A stretch of DNA of 62,886 nucleotides, filler included, from Thraustochytrium aureum (Eukaryota), in assembly GCA_012862495.1 (NCBI GenBank). It is 4 parts of 2 records of this genome, joined end to end, with 100 filler letters (N's around TTAATTAATTAA, not from the genome) between each part and the next. Parts side by side here need not be neighbours in the genome. Positions count along the whole stretch, not along the records: positions 1 to 27,268 come from BLSG01000178.1; positions 27,369 to 42,919 come from BLSG01000178.1; 2 more parts are not named here. One strand, given 5' to 3'. This document shows positions 19,623 through 30,811 of the stretch, piece by piece; position 1 is the first letter of the stretch, and each line of letters begins with the position of its first letter. The notes below the pieces were generated by a model. The model was not told the origin of the DNA. It was given only the letters and a program-made list of their open reading frames with translations, and made no database searches. Both the position numbers and the translations under genes were made by a program.

Positions 19623-21479
19623 CTACTTGCGGCGCAAACGCGTTGAGCCTTGCCAGGGGACCGCAAAGTCAGCCGAGAGCGCGTCCATCGTCGGCCCAGG
19701 CGACTGCGCAAGCACCTTGGAGGATTTGATGGGCGAGCGCGCTGGTGCCCGTGCGCGCAGACCCGGGTCCAGCCCCAAGTCCAGGGCCTCAAGCTCTTGA
19801 ACGGCGCGGTGCAAGAGAGTTTGGGCGCGAGCTCGCCGCTTTTCTCCGCCTTGATCAACGCTCGACTTTGTGGCGGCTTGCTCTTTGGCAGCAAGTTCCG
19901 CCCTTTGTGCTGATTCGAGCTTGGCCTGCAGCGCCGACATGTCCGCGCGGTGCTTCTTCTTCAAGGTTGCCAAGGTGCGCTCGGCTTGCTCCCGGGCGTG
20001 CTCGACAGTTATGCTTGCCAGCCGCCGCTCCTCGTCGACAATAACTTGGATGTCGCGCGTGAGCGCGCCACACGTTTGCCTTAGTCGCTGTATCTCAGCG
20101 TCCTGCGAACGGCAGTGGTGCTGCAGTCGCGCAAGTTCGTTTTGCAACCTGAACAGGGCCTGGTCTCGGGCCAGACTGACCGGGTCTGGCGCACCATTCT
20201 GTTCGGCTTGCCCAAGGACTTGCCCCATCGCAAAAGCGTTCTGCCCGTATCGAATCTGCTGCCGCCACGGGTCGTGGTGGACCGCTACGTGATTGGCCGG
20301 CGCTTGCCGCTGCCCGCTGTTGCGGGCCGCCAACGCTTCGTGGACGCGCTTGCGAACTATGTCCTCGATTTGGCGCTCGGAAAACATGTTTGTGCTCGCT
20401 GTGGGCCCTGCTTCAGGCCGCGCGTAGAACGCAGGGCGGCTTTGGGCCGTTTCTGGGTAGCTGGCTTGTGTTGTCGAGCCATTTTGCATAGAGCTGAGCG
20501 AGCGCTGGAGCGACGGAGCGTTGTTCCACTGCGAGTGGTTTTGCGCCTCGGCGCGCTGCAGTGTGGCTTCCCCAGGATCCGGCTTGGCAAGCTGCGGTTG
20601 CAAGCCCGCTGCACGTGGGACATTCGAGTCCGTTACGTTCGCTGTCGGCATTGCCTTCAAATCAGCATTGGAGCTCGGGAGCGGCAGACCCGAGTTCCCG
20701 CTCGTCGAATTGTTGGTTCCCCAGCTCGCATTCATTTCGCCTGATTGACCGCGTGAGGCTCGCCTTGCACCTCGGCTTTCGGTGCTGGAAGCGTCAACGG
20801 GCTGCACTCTCGCAGGCCCAGGCCAATCCGAGCCGCCGCCCCTTGGAGAGCTTTCTTCTCTACAGCGCGCCTCTTGCTCGTTGCTTGCGTCCTCTCCATG
20901 ATGAGGCCCCAATTGTTCAAGGCGCTCGGCGACGTGCGATGGCTTTTGCTCGCATTCGGCTTCTGACTGGGAGCCTTCGCCAATGTCGCCGTCTGCCGGG
21001 GCGCCACCGAGCGGGGAGCCTGCTCCAAAGTCGCCGTCTGCACTGTCGCCGCCTGCTAGGGCGCTGTCTGCTATGGCGCCTGCACTAAAGTCGCCGTCGT
21101 CGGCCAGGGCGCCGTCTGAGAGGGCGCCATCTGCAATATCACCGTCTGCTAGGGCGTCTTCTGCGGACGACTTGATAGTGCCTTGGCCAATACTGTCGGC
21201 CCAGGTCGACGGGGCGCCAAATCTAGAGCTCGGAGTCTCGGCCGCCAGTTCGCCCTCGATGCTGTCTGCAGCCAAGTTTGGTTCATCTTCCTCGCCAGCA
21301 GCTGCGAGTGTGTGCCCGTCATGCGCAGCGCCGTCTTCAAACCCTTCGAAGTCGGTCTGCTCGGGCATAGTGGCTCCATCCGCCGCATCGTCCCGGCCAC
21401 GCTCTGCATCGACCTCGCTGTTGTGCTCGATGAAAGGCGGCGCACCTTGTAGCGCGTCCTCGGCGTGGCTTGCCTCCAT
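19623..21479 (-). CDS. Hypothetical low-complexity coiled-coil protein with ADG(D/A)x pentapeptide repeats
   Basis: Long ORF with ATG at 21479, acidic N-terminus and C-terminal coiled coil. Confidence 0.7.
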   Translation of the reverse strand: MEASHAEDALQGAPPFIEHNSEVDAERGRDDAADGATMPEQTDFEGFEDGAAHDGHTLAAAGEEDEPNLAADSIEGELAAETPSSRFGAPSTWADSIGQGTIKSSAEDALADGDIADGALSDGALADDGDFSAGAIADSALAGGDSADGDFGAGSPLGGAPADGDIGEGSQSEAECEQKPSHVAERLEQLGPHHGEDASNEQEARCREESSPRGGGSDWPGPARVQPVDASSTESRGARRASRGQSGEMNASWGTNNSTSGNSGLPLPSSNADLKAMPTANVTDSNVPRAAGLQPQLAKPDPGEATLQRAEAQNHSQWNNAPSLQRSLSSMQNGSTTQASYPETAQSRPAFYARPEAGPTASTNMFSERQIEDIVRKRVHEALAARNSGQRQAPANHVAVHHDPWRQQIRYGQNAFAMGQVLGQAEQNGAPDPVSLARDQALFRLQNELARLQHHCRSQDAEIQRLRQTCGALTRDIQVIVDEERRLASITVEHAREQAERTLATLKKKHRADMSALQAKLESAQRAELAAKEQAATKSSVDQGGEKRRARAQTLLHRAVQELEALDLGLDPGLRARAPARSPIKSSKVLAQSPGPTMDALSADFAVPWQGSTRLRRK

Positions 21480-22685
21480 CGGCCAGGGGCCCCGGTCCAC
21501 GCCCGCACTTGCTAAGGGTGGGCCCAACGCAGGCGACCTGCGTGGGCCTCGCGCACAGCTGCGTCGGGGGCCAGGAGCGGGCGAGTGTCGCCAAGTGCGA
21601 GTCTGCTATTGCAAGTGTCGCCAAAGTGCGGGGTCCGCAACCCAAGCGCAGCTCAAGCGCAAACCACGAGGCCTCGACGGCTCGCCACGGCTATGCTGTT
21701 CTGCCGTGCTCCTTTCGCACCGCTTGCGCTGCTGCGCGCCAAGCGCGGTCTGGAGTCGGGGATTCTCCCCNNNNNNNNNNNNNNNNNNNNNNNNNNNNNN
21801 NNNNNNNNNNNNNNNNNNNNNNNNNNNNNNNNNNNNNNNNNNNNNNNNNNNNNNNNNNNNNNNNNNNNNNNNNNNNNNNNNNNNNNNNNNNNNNNNNNNN
21901 NNNNNNNNNNNNNNNNNNNNNNNNNNNNNNNNNNNNNNNNNNNNNNNNNNNNNNNNNNNNNNNNNNNNNNNNNNNNNNNNNNNNNNNNNNNNNNNNNNNN
22001 NNNNNNNNNNNNNNNNNNNNNNNNNNNNNNNNNNNNNNNNNNNNNNNNNNNNNNNNNNNNNNNNNNNNNNNNNNNNNNNNNNNNNNNNNNNNNNNNNNNN
22101 NNNNNNNNNNNNNNNNNNNNNNNNNNNNNNNNNNNNNNNNNNNNNNNNNNNNNNNNNNNNNNNNNNNNNNNNNNNNNNNNNNNNNNNNNNNNNNNNNNNN
22201 NNNNNNNNNNNNNNNNNNNNNNNNNNNNNNNNNNNNNNNNNNNNNNNNNNNNNNNNNNNNNNNNNNNNNNNNNNNNNNNNNNNNNNNNNNNNNNNNNNNN
22301 NNNNNNNNNNNNNNNNNNNNNNNNNNNNNNNNNNNNNNNNNNNNNNNNNNNNNNNNNNNNNNNNNNNNNNNNNNNNNNNNNNNNNNNNNNNNNNNNNNNN
22401 NNNNNNNNNNNNNNNNNNNNNNNNNNNNNNNNNNNNNNNNNNNNNNNNNNNNNNNNNNNNNNNNNNNNNNNNNNNNNNNNNNNNNNNNNNNNNNNNNNNN
22501 NNNNNNNNNNNNNNNNNNNNNNNNNNNNNNNNNNNNNNNNNNNNNNNNNNNNNNNNNNNNNNNNNNNNNNNNNNNNNNNNNNNNNNNNNNNNNNNNNNNN
22601 NNNNNNNNNNNNNNNNNNNNNNNNNNNNNNNNNNNNNNNNNNNNNNNNNNNNNNNNNNNNNNNNNNNNNNNNNNNNNNNNNNNNN

Positions 22686-22952
22686 TGTTGCAGGAGGCAG
22701 AGTGCCGCTGCTTTCGCCTGGCTGCCCCTGCACAATATGTTCCCAGCACAGGCAGAGGCCTTGCTCGATGCGGTAGTGCGTACGCAGGGCCCGGCAGCGC
22801 CGTCGATGGCCTCCATGGAATCGTACAAGCGGGTGGAGGTACCGACGCTTGATCCTGTGGGTCGAAGCGAGTTTGAGGATTTTGACTTGGACCCGCGCCC
22901 CGTCTTGAGCGACGAGCTCCGTGCCGAGGTGCGAGCGAGGTTGAAGAAGTGA
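22686..22952 (+). CDS. Hypothetical protein, C-terminal fragment (5' in gap)
   Basis: Open frame from the gap edge ending ...AEVRARLKK-stop. Confidence 0.45.
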   Translation, partial: CCRRQSAAAFAWLPLHNMFPAQAEALLDAVVRTQGPAAPSMASMESYKRVEVPTLDPVGRSEFEDFDLDPRPVLSDELRAEVRARLKK

Positions 22953-23015
22953 CGAACAACAACGGTAATTTGACAGCAAGGTGAGCTCCAAGCGCGGAGT
23001 AAGAGTAAATTGATC

Positions 23016-24716
23016 TTAGCTCGCAGTTGCCTGTTGTGACGGGAGGGGCCCTGACTCCATCGATGCGTCCAGGCGAGCCTGCAGAGCATGAATCTCTGCC
23101 AGACCGCGCGCGCGCTCCATCCGCAGCAGCACGCGGTCCAGGTCGTGCTGAAAGCACATCGTTTTAATCTCGTCGAGCGCTTCGGCAGTCGTGTAAAACT
23201 CCTTGTCCCCGTCTGCGAGGGTCATGAACCACGGGCTAGTATGAGCAGCGCGAGGCCCACCAGGCACCGGCACTACGGGTACCATGCTGCCGTGAAACCC
23301 AGGCGGCGGTGCAGCCGCGCCGTAGCTGTTGCGGTGTGTCTCGTGCCGACGAGGCCTGTGCGGTTCCGGGTGCTGAAACTGCTGCTGGAAAGACGCAGAG
23401 TTCTGGAACGCGTGGGCAAGGTGTGGCGGGGGCGCCTGAGCGCGGGCTTGAGCACCGTGGCTGTCATGAGCCGACCGTTGCCGGAGGCTTTCTTCTCGCT
23501 CTCTGTCTGATGGCCGATCGATGGCAATATAGCGCGGCTGCTGCCGGTCTGCGTCGCGGTCAGCAATGCTGTCCCCGTCGCCTCGCGGTTGGCGCCAGTC
23601 GCTCTCCCAATGCGTGCGGTCTCTTCGGCTCGTTGTTTCGGCGTCCTTCTCACGGCGTTCCCGGTGGCTCCGCTCGCGGCTTCGATCTCTGCTTTTGGTT
23701 CGTTCATCGGCTCTAACTTCGTCACTGCGACCTCTGCTGCTGCGCTCGCGGCTTTCGCCTCTGCCCACTTTCGTCTCGTCCGGGCCGGCGGGTAATTCCC
23801 TGCTACGAGATCTACCAGCTCCTGGTACTTTCTCGCTGTCTCGCGATCGCTTCCTGTCGCTTTCTTCTTCGTTACTTTTTTCTTTATCCTCGCGGTCCCG
23901 GTCGCGGCTCCGTTCTCGACTTTGCCTTCGGTCGCGGCGGTCGCGGTCTCTGTCGCGGTCTCTGTCGCGGTCTCTTCCACGGTTGCGGTCTCTGTCACGA
24001 TACCGGTCACGGTCTCGGTCACGGTCTCGGTCTCGGCTGCGGTCTCGGCTGCGGTCTCGGTCCCTTGGCCGGTCACTGTCCCGCTTCCCTTCAGTGCCCT
24101 TTTCAACCTTTTGGTCTGCATCGACGTCACTTTTTCGACCCCCTCCTTTTTCGTCTTTCCTTTCAGGGCTACGATCCGTGTTCGAGTCTCTGCTTCGCTT
24201 ATATCTGTCCCTGTCGCGGTCTCTGTCGCGGTCTCTGTCGCGGTCCCTCTTGTCGCGTGTCGTCTCCTTGTCCTTGTCCTGGCCTCGGTCCTCTTCGCGG
24301 CTCCTGTCCCGACCACGGTCTCTGTCCCATTCCTTCTCGCGGTCACTGCTCCGTTCATTCTCGCGGTGCCTGTCCCGATCGCGGTCCCGATCGCGGTCCC
24401 GATCCCGGTCCCGATCTCGATCTCGGTCGCTGCTCCGTTCCTTGTCACGATGCCTGTCCCGATCGCGGTCGCTGCTCCGCTCCTTGTCGCGGTTGTGATG
24501 GCGCTCGCGCTCGCGGTCCCGGCTTCGATCTCGGTCACGGCTCCGCTCCCGTTCCTGGCGACGATCGGGGTCGCGGGACTCTTGCAGGCGCTGCATCTTG
24601 CGCAGGCGCTTTTGCTGCCGCTTGCTGATTTCCGCGGGCTGCTGGCCGCTGGCCGCTCCAGCCGGAGCTGCGACGAGCTCGTCCATCACAATCTCGCCCT
24701 CCTCTCGATCCTCCAT
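23016..24716 (-). CDS. RD/RS dipeptide-rich low-complexity protein (putative nuclear/splicing-associated)
   Basis: 566-aa ORF with GCCGCCATGG start context, MEDREEGEI N-terminus and long (RD)n tracts. Confidence 0.75.
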   Translation of the reverse strand: MEDREEGEIVMDELVAAPAGAASGQQPAEISKRQQKRLRKMQRLQESRDPDRRQERERSRDRDRSRDRERERHHNRDKERSSDRDRDRHRDKERSSDRDRDRDRDRDRDRDRDRDRHRENERSSDREKEWDRDRGRDRSREEDRGQDKDKETTRDKRDRDRDRDRDRDRDRYKRSRDSNTDRSPERKDEKGGGRKSDVDADQKVEKGTEGKRDSDRPRDRDRSRDRSRDRDRDRDRDRYRDRDRNRGRDRDRDRDRDRDRRDRRQSRERSRDRDREDKEKSNEEESDRKRSRDSEKVPGAGRSRSRELPAGPDETKVGRGESRERSSRGRSDEVRADERTKSRDRSRERSHRERREKDAETTSRRDRTHWESDWRQPRGDGDSIADRDADRQQPRYIAIDRPSDREREESLRQRSAHDSHGAQARAQAPPPHLAHAFQNSASFQQQFQHPEPHRPRRHETHRNSYGAAAPPPGFHGSMVPVVPVPGGPRAAHTSPWFMTLADGDKEFYTTAEALDEIKTMCFQHDLDRVLLRMERARGLAEIHALQARLDASMESGPLPSQQATAS

Positions 24717-24731
24717 GGCGGCAGCGCGCCC

Positions 24732-24896
24732 TCAGCGCCCCGCGGCCTCAGCCGACTCGGGCGTGTCCGCGGGCCGCCGGCCGCTGGGCAGCGCGGCTTG
24801 CACGTCGATCGAGAGGTCCGGCTTGAGCACGTAGTGCACCGCCGAGGCGCCTGCGAACAAGCTCGCGAGCGACGTCCCGGCCACCAGCAGATACTG
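24732..24896 (-). CDS. UQCC6: BRAWNIN/UQCC6 (C12orf73)-like mitochondrial microprotein (5' end in gap)
   Basis: Manual translation QYLLVAGTSLASLFAGASAVHYVLKPDLSID...-stop matches the family pattern YL....SL..M.AGA..VH....PDL.I. Absent from the ORF track. Confidence 0.75.
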   Translation of the reverse strand, partial: QYLLVAGTSLASLFAGASAVHYVLKPDLSIDVQAALPSGRRPADTPESAEAAGR

Positions 24897-25638
24897 NNNN
24901 NNNNNNNNNNNNNNNNNNNNNNNNNNNNNNNNNNNNNNNNNNNNNNNNNNNNNNNNNNNNNNNNNNNNNNNNNNNNNNNNNNNNNNNNNNNNNNNNNNNN
25001 NNNNNNNNNNNNNNNNNNNNNNNNNNNNNNNNNNNNNNNNNNNNNNNNNNNNNNNNNNNNNNNNNNNNNNNNNNNNNNNNNNNNNNNNNNNNNNNNNNNN
25101 NNNNNNNNNNNNNNNNNNNNNNNNNNNNNNNNNNNNNNNNNNNNNNNNNNNNNNNNNNNNNNNNNNNNNNNNNNNNNNNNNNNNNNNNNNNNNNNNNNNN
25201 NNNNNNNNNNNNNNNNNNNNNNNNNNNNNNNNNNNNNNNNNNNNNNNNNNNNNNNNNNNNNNNNNNNNNNNNNNNNNNNNNNNNNNNNNNNNNNNNNNNN
25301 NNNNNNNNNNNNNNNNNNNNNNNNNNNNNNNNNNNNNNNNNNNNNNNNNNNNNNNNNNNNNNNNNNNNNNNNNNNNNNNNNNNNNNNNNNNNNNNNNNNN
25401 NNNNNNNNNNNNNNNNNNNNNNNNNNNNNNNNNNNNNNNNNNNNNNNNNNNNNNNNNNNNNNNNNNNNNNNNNNNNNNNNNNNNNNNNNNNNNNNNNNNN
25501 NNNNNNNNNNNNNNNNNNNNNNNNNNNNNNNNNNNNNNNNNNNNNNNNNNNNNNNNNNNNNNNNNNNNNNNNNNNNNNNNNNNNNNNNNNNNNNNNNNNN
25601 NNNNNNNNNNNNNNNNNNNNNNNNNNNNNNNNNNNNNN

Positions 25639-27268
25639 TTCTTCTACCATAGAATCGACGGTAGGTCGCAGTGGGAAAAGCCCGTTGGCGCCTTCGTCCC
25701 CCCAGAAGAGTCGCAGCGGACCTGGACCCAAGTCTGGGACGAGACGCTCCAGCGCAAGTTCTGGTACAACCCTCTCACGGGAGAGTCAAAAGTGGGTCCG
25801 TCCTCTGTCGCGCGACGGGAGCGAGGTTAGCAGCGTGGACGGGGCCGGCGACGAGGTGAACGGGGACTGGCGAGTCATGAAGGACAACGTATCCGAAAGG
25901 GTCTTCTACTACAACGTGCAAACCGGCTTGTCGCAGTGGGAGCGGCCCGACCAGTTCGTCCTTTCGGAGCACCGCAAGGCCGACTTTGCCTCAAGCGCCG
26001 ACCCGGCGTGGCTCTGGGAGCGATTGCGCGACCCGCTGACCGGCCGGGTATTCTTCTTCAACCGCGAAGAGGGCACCACGCAATGGGAGCGGCCGCGCGA
26101 GCTCGGGGACCCCGAGCCCTCGCCGGGCATGGCCCGCAAAGACGAAGAGCCGCCGCCTGGACAGGCCCGCAAAGACGAAGAGCCACCGCCTGGGCAGGCT
26201 CGCAAGGACGGAGAGGAAGCTGCTCGGCAAGCGCACGAGACAGGCGTGCAGACCGACGCCCCTGACTCGAACGGTGTGGACGAGGTAGCCGACAGCCGCG
26301 GCGCGCGGACTGGCTCGAGGACAGCTAGCACGGCGTCCTTGGGCTCGCAAGGCAAGACAGCCTTCGAGGAAGACCAGTCTGTGCACGAAATGGCGGCCCT
26401 CGAAATGGCCGCAGGGGCGTCTCAGGACCCGGCTTTGGACCCAGGCTTGGAGTGGGAGGAGATTTACGACCCGACCTCCGGCCGTTACTTTTACTTCAAC
26501 AGAGTCGAAGGCATCTCGCAATGGGAGCGACCCACTGAACTTAACCCGGAGGCGTTAGATGCAGCAACAGCACCGCCAATTCCTTCGCCGCCCGATGGAG
26601 GCGACTTTGGGCAAGCCCAAGACGAGCCAATCGGCGGCGCCCTCGCGCCACCCGTGTTGACCCCAGCAACGCAAATATTTCCTGACGCTCATGTCGCCGT
26701 TTCAGGGGCAGCAGAGCCTCCCTCTGCGCAGAGCTCTGAGGCGTTCGAGCCTCCAGCTCCACGTGCTCAACATGAGAGCGAGGACTCGTGCGGCGAGAGC
26801 GCAGCAGCAAGCTCGCTCACGGGACCGGGACCCTCAGCGTCCAGCGACCAAAGCCTTCCGGCAGCGGAAACCGCAAAGTCGAGCGATCGAACTGAGGGAG
26901 GGGCGGAGCACCCTGGCAGCGATGGTTCCGAGCCCGGCCAGGAAGGCGGCGACAGGGCAGGAGCTGCAGGGCCAGCCCCCCACAACGGGTCGCACCGATC
27001 GCGTGAAGAGCGCGCCGAAGAGCTAGCCGCACTGGAGGCCGCTGGGTGGCAGGAGCTGCTGGACGAGTCCTCCGGCCGCACCTACACTTTTGCGAGGACT
27101 CGGGCCAGTCCCAGTGGGTCCACCCTCTGCGCACCAAGGTGCTTGACGATGACTGGTGCGAGATGGTGGACGAGCAGACCAAGCGGACTTACTTTTACAA
27201 CCGCGCAACTGGCGAGTCGCGTCGAAGCCGGCCAAGCAAGGCTCCGGAGAAGCAGACCAATGCAGCAC
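25639..27268 (+). CDS. Multi-WW-domain protein (at least 7 WW units; both ends in gaps; frameshifts near 25790 and 27087)
   Basis: Repeated W...D..(S/T)GR.(F/Y)(F/Y).N...G.SQWE.P motifs and an ARKDEEPPPGQ internal repeat. Confidence 0.85.
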
Positions 27269-27312
27269 NNNNNNNNNNNNNNNNNNNNNNNNNNNNNNNN
27301 NNNNNNNNNNNN

Positions 27313-27324
27313 TTAATTAATTAA
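27313..27324. other. Artificial contig linker TTAATTAATTAA
   Basis: Six-frame-stop spacer flanked by N runs. Confidence 0.9.
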
Positions 27325-27542
27325 NNNNNNNNNNNNNNNNNNNNNNNNNNNNNNNNNNNNNNNNNNNNTGCTACATTGGTGACCACCAGGTACTTGCCCG
27401 AGCTCGAGCTCGCGAGAGTCGGCTTCGCGCGTCCAGCCGGCGCTCTCCTCGCGTGGCGGGCTGACGGGCTGCGTGCCGTCGAGGTTGGTCTAGTGGACCG
27501 TCTCGGAGATCGACGACAGGCTCGGCGGCCGGCCGGAGCAAG

Positions 27543-29335
27543 ATGTTCTCCATGTGCTGCGCGCGAGAAGAAGACGTGGACCTGGCAGCGCTCCGGAGAG
27601 AACGCGCCCTTGGCAACGTCGTGCGAAGGCCTGTGGCGTATCGGCCGCTTGACGACGATGATGGACGCGAAGGCACAGGCGCGCAAGATGGGTATGCGAG
27701 CACCGACTCGGAGAGCGTCGACAATGAGGAGGGCTCGGCGCTGCTGTCCAGAACGGAGAGCACGCAGGAACGCATGGCGAAGCGACTGTCCGCCGCGCTC
27801 TGCCTGGTGGACGACGATGGCAACCGCGTCACGCCGCTAGACTCGCTCGAGCAGGCCAAAGGCGTCCTGGAGAGCTTCTCCGACCCGGCGCTGCAGGGCG
27901 ACCTTGCCGCGCTGGTGCAGAATTTCCTGTTTGCTCAAGGCCGGCAAGAGCTGTACGTGAGCTCGTGCAGCAAGGGCGTCGTGGCGCTGGGCGCCAGCGA
28001 CGAGGCGCACGACGCCGAGGTCGTCTACAAGCTCTCTGGGAAGCACGAGTACCTGGCAGGCGACCGCGCCAACGAGCTGACGCTCGAGCAAGAGCTGTGC
28101 GGGATGCTCAAGGTGCAAGAGTTTTTCAAGTTTGTGCGCAACATCAACGAAATCGCGTCGTCCTCGACCGAGCCCGTGGACGAGGAAGACCTCATGGACG
28201 CGCTGCGAGGCCTGCTGCCCAAGCTGAGTGCTCTAATGGGCGACCTGACCGAGCCGGGCTCAGGGGACGTCTGGATCGACCGAGACGAGGAGCANNNNNN
28301 NNNNNNNNNNNNNNNNNNNNNNNNNNNNNNNNNNNNNNNNNNNNNNNNNNNNNNNNNNNNNNNNNNNNNNNNNNNNNNNNNNNNNNNNNNNNNNNNNNNN
28401 NNNNNNNNNNNNNNNNNNNNNNNNNNNNNNNNNNNNNNNNNNNNNNNNNNNNNNNNNNNNNNNNNNNNNNNNNNNNNNNNNNNNNNNNNNNNNNNNNNNN
28501 NNNNNNNNNNNNNNNNNNNNNNNNNNNNNNNNNNNNNNNNNNNNNNNNNNNNNNNNNNNNNNNNNNNNNNNNNNNNNNNNNNNNNNNNNNNNNNNNNNNN
28601 NNNNNNNNNNNNNNNNNNNNNNNNNNNNNNNNNNNNNNNNNNNNNNNNNNNNNNNNNNNNNNNNNNNNNNNNNNNNNNNNNNTTGACTTTTGCATCGAGG
28701 GTGACGGCCACGACCTCGTGTGGATGGACCCGCGCACCTGCTTGGCGCACCTAGAGCCTAGCACTGGGCGATACGTCAAGGTGAATTTTGACGAGGACCT
28801 GAGCCACTTTCAGGGCCGCTGCTTGCTCGGCTTCGAGCTGACGGCAGGGGTGAGCGAGCTGGGGTGCGCCACGATCAGCTTGCCCAAGGTTATCGCCTGC
28901 GTCGACTATGCGGCAGAGGAGGCAGTGGACGGCGTTGCGGCCACGATCGAGTGCTACCCGCTGCACATCGATTGGAACCGACTCATCAAGATGATGGCTC
29001 GTCCGCTCATCGACCTGGGCCGCATGGAGAAGCTGCTCATGAGCGACTTTTCGTTCAAGGTCCGCATCGGCCCGCCAGAGTCGACACTCGAGTCTGCCAT
29101 CGAGCGCCACGGCTGCGTGCCAGGCTTTGGGCACTTCCCGGACCTGCCCAGCCAGCTCGACCCGTGGACGATGCGCGCCTCTTTCCGGGCCAAATTGGTG
29201 CGGCCTGCCTCAGTGGTGCTTGCGTTTGTGCGCATGTACGTGAGTTCCCAGGTGGACGATTTTGGCGAGCTCACGCTTTGGCGCGACCTTACCGTGGCGT
29301 TTGTGAGCGATCTCAACGCGATTTGCGCGCGTTGA
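27543..29335 (+). CDS. Hypothetical protein (internal gap 28295-28682)
   Basis: Coding-like frames on both sides of the gap on the same strand. N-terminal MFSMCC. Confidence 0.6.
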
Positions 29336-30085
29336 TCTTCGGCGCGGCAGCGCTTTCGTCCTGGAAGGAGACGACGAGCTTGCCGGGCATCAGACGCCCG
29401 TTTTTGCGCCGCGCGGCCTGGCTGCTCTGCGTTGTTTTCAAGATTGACAACTATTGCTATTTCGTGTTGATTGAAAAGCATCATTTCCCCCCGTTCCCCA
29501 ATGTGTCTCATTTGACGAAAGACGCGCCGGGCTCGGCTCATGTGGATGCAACGAAGCGTTGCAAGGCGCCGACTGCGCGCAGCGCGGCGGATCGCGAAAG
29601 CGTCGCGAGCATGAAAACGAGAAAGCGCGCCTGGTGACACGCCGTGCGAAAACGAGAAACACCTACCTGTACACAAGCGCGCCTCGTGACACGCCGTGCC
29701 CCTTGACAGCGACATGCCCCTTGACAGCGACATGCTCGCGGTGGCTGCCTGTCGGGGTCATTTGGTCCAAAGGCAAGCGAAACGAGGGAAGAAAGAAGAG
29801 GTGGTCCAAAGTACGTAGGTTGCTTGTCAGTTCATACATGTGTCAGGTTCATAGGAAGGCCCCGCGACAGTCGCTTGCCCCACCGCGAAACGACGACCTC
29901 GCCACGCCTCTCGCTACAAAGAGGCGCAGGAGCACAAGCCAAAGATGGCTCATCCGCTGGTCGTGCGCGGGAAGGGGCAGGCGCCACAATCGCGCTGTTA
30001 TGCCGCAGCGCACAGCACGCCGCTCGCCAATAAGTTTGGAGCGGAGCGGCGCAATCGTTCTAGCTTGTTCCGCGCGCAGCTGCGC

Positions 30086-30811
30086 TCAGAACTTGACGCG
30101 CTTGAAGGCGGCGGGCGAAGTTGATGCGTCGTCGAACGTGCGCTTGAGCGTCTGCTTCTCGTGGTAGCCCACGGCGCGGAGGCCCTTGGCCCCAATGCGG
30201 ACGGGGCGCCCAGCCTTGTCCATGCAGCCCTGAAAGCAGGGCCAAACCTTGCCCGGCTGGCGCAGCAGGCGCAGGAGCGACGCTTCGACGTCGCGGGGGA
30301 AAGGCGCCGAGCCACCGTCGCTTGCCGTGCAGTGCGCGAGGATGCACTTGCGGTAGCACTCTTCGGGGCGCGAGGGCTCCTTCTTGCGTGTTGTGAGCCA
30401 GAGCTCGTAGCACGGGCGCGAGATGATGCCGCTGCAGTCGACGATCGGCTGCCCGAACTCGTTGACGTACTTTTTGGTAAAGCTGTGGAAGATCTGCATT
30501 GCGGTCAGTGCGCGTTTGGGGCGCGCGATTGAGCCCGTCTCGGCCTGCGCCGGTCGGCTGCACGGCGACTGCGGCTCGACCTTGACCGACGGCGGCTCGA
30601 CCTTGACAAAGCATTGCAGCGAGTGCGTGCTCTTTGCGACGGGCTTGGGATCGGGGAAGCACAGCCCGCTTTCGTTGTCGCTGAACGCTTGCTCGGCCTC
30701 GCTGAGGAAGAAAAACCCGTCCTGGTTGAGCTCCTCGAGCCAGTCAACCAGCTCGACGTCGGCCCTGCCGATGGCCTGCTCCTCGTGCCTCTGGTACCGC
30801 GCTGCCGTCAT
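30086..30811 (-). CDS. Hypothetical protein, putative DNA-binding/regulatory
   Basis: 241 aa from ATG at 30811. Acidic N-part, VKVEP x2, compact Cys/Trp-containing domain starting PKRALTAMQIF, and basic KRVKF tail. Confidence 0.65.
   Translation of the reverse strand: MTAARYQRHEEQAIGRADVELVDWLEELNQDGFFFLSEAEQAFSDNESGLCFPDPKPVAKSTHSLQCFVKVEPPSVKVEPQSPCSRPAQAETGSIARPKRALTAMQIFHSFTKKYVNEFGQPIVDCSGIISRPCYELWLTTRKKEPSRPEECYRKCILAHCTASDGGSAPFPRDVEASLLRLLRQPGKVWPCFQGCMDKAGRPVRIGAKGLRAVGYHEKQTLKRTFDDASTSPAAFKRVKF

Noticed and set aside
23273..25652. Long alternative-frame ORFs (TETA-, SRSL- and VAVS-rich)
   Set aside because: Shadows of the hexamer repeats that encode the RD tracts.
27313..27324. 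TTAATTAATTAA palindrome, also at 42964 and 57901
   Set aside because: Always flanked by equal-sized N runs and gives stops in all six frames. It is an assembly linker, so gene adjacency across it is not evidence.
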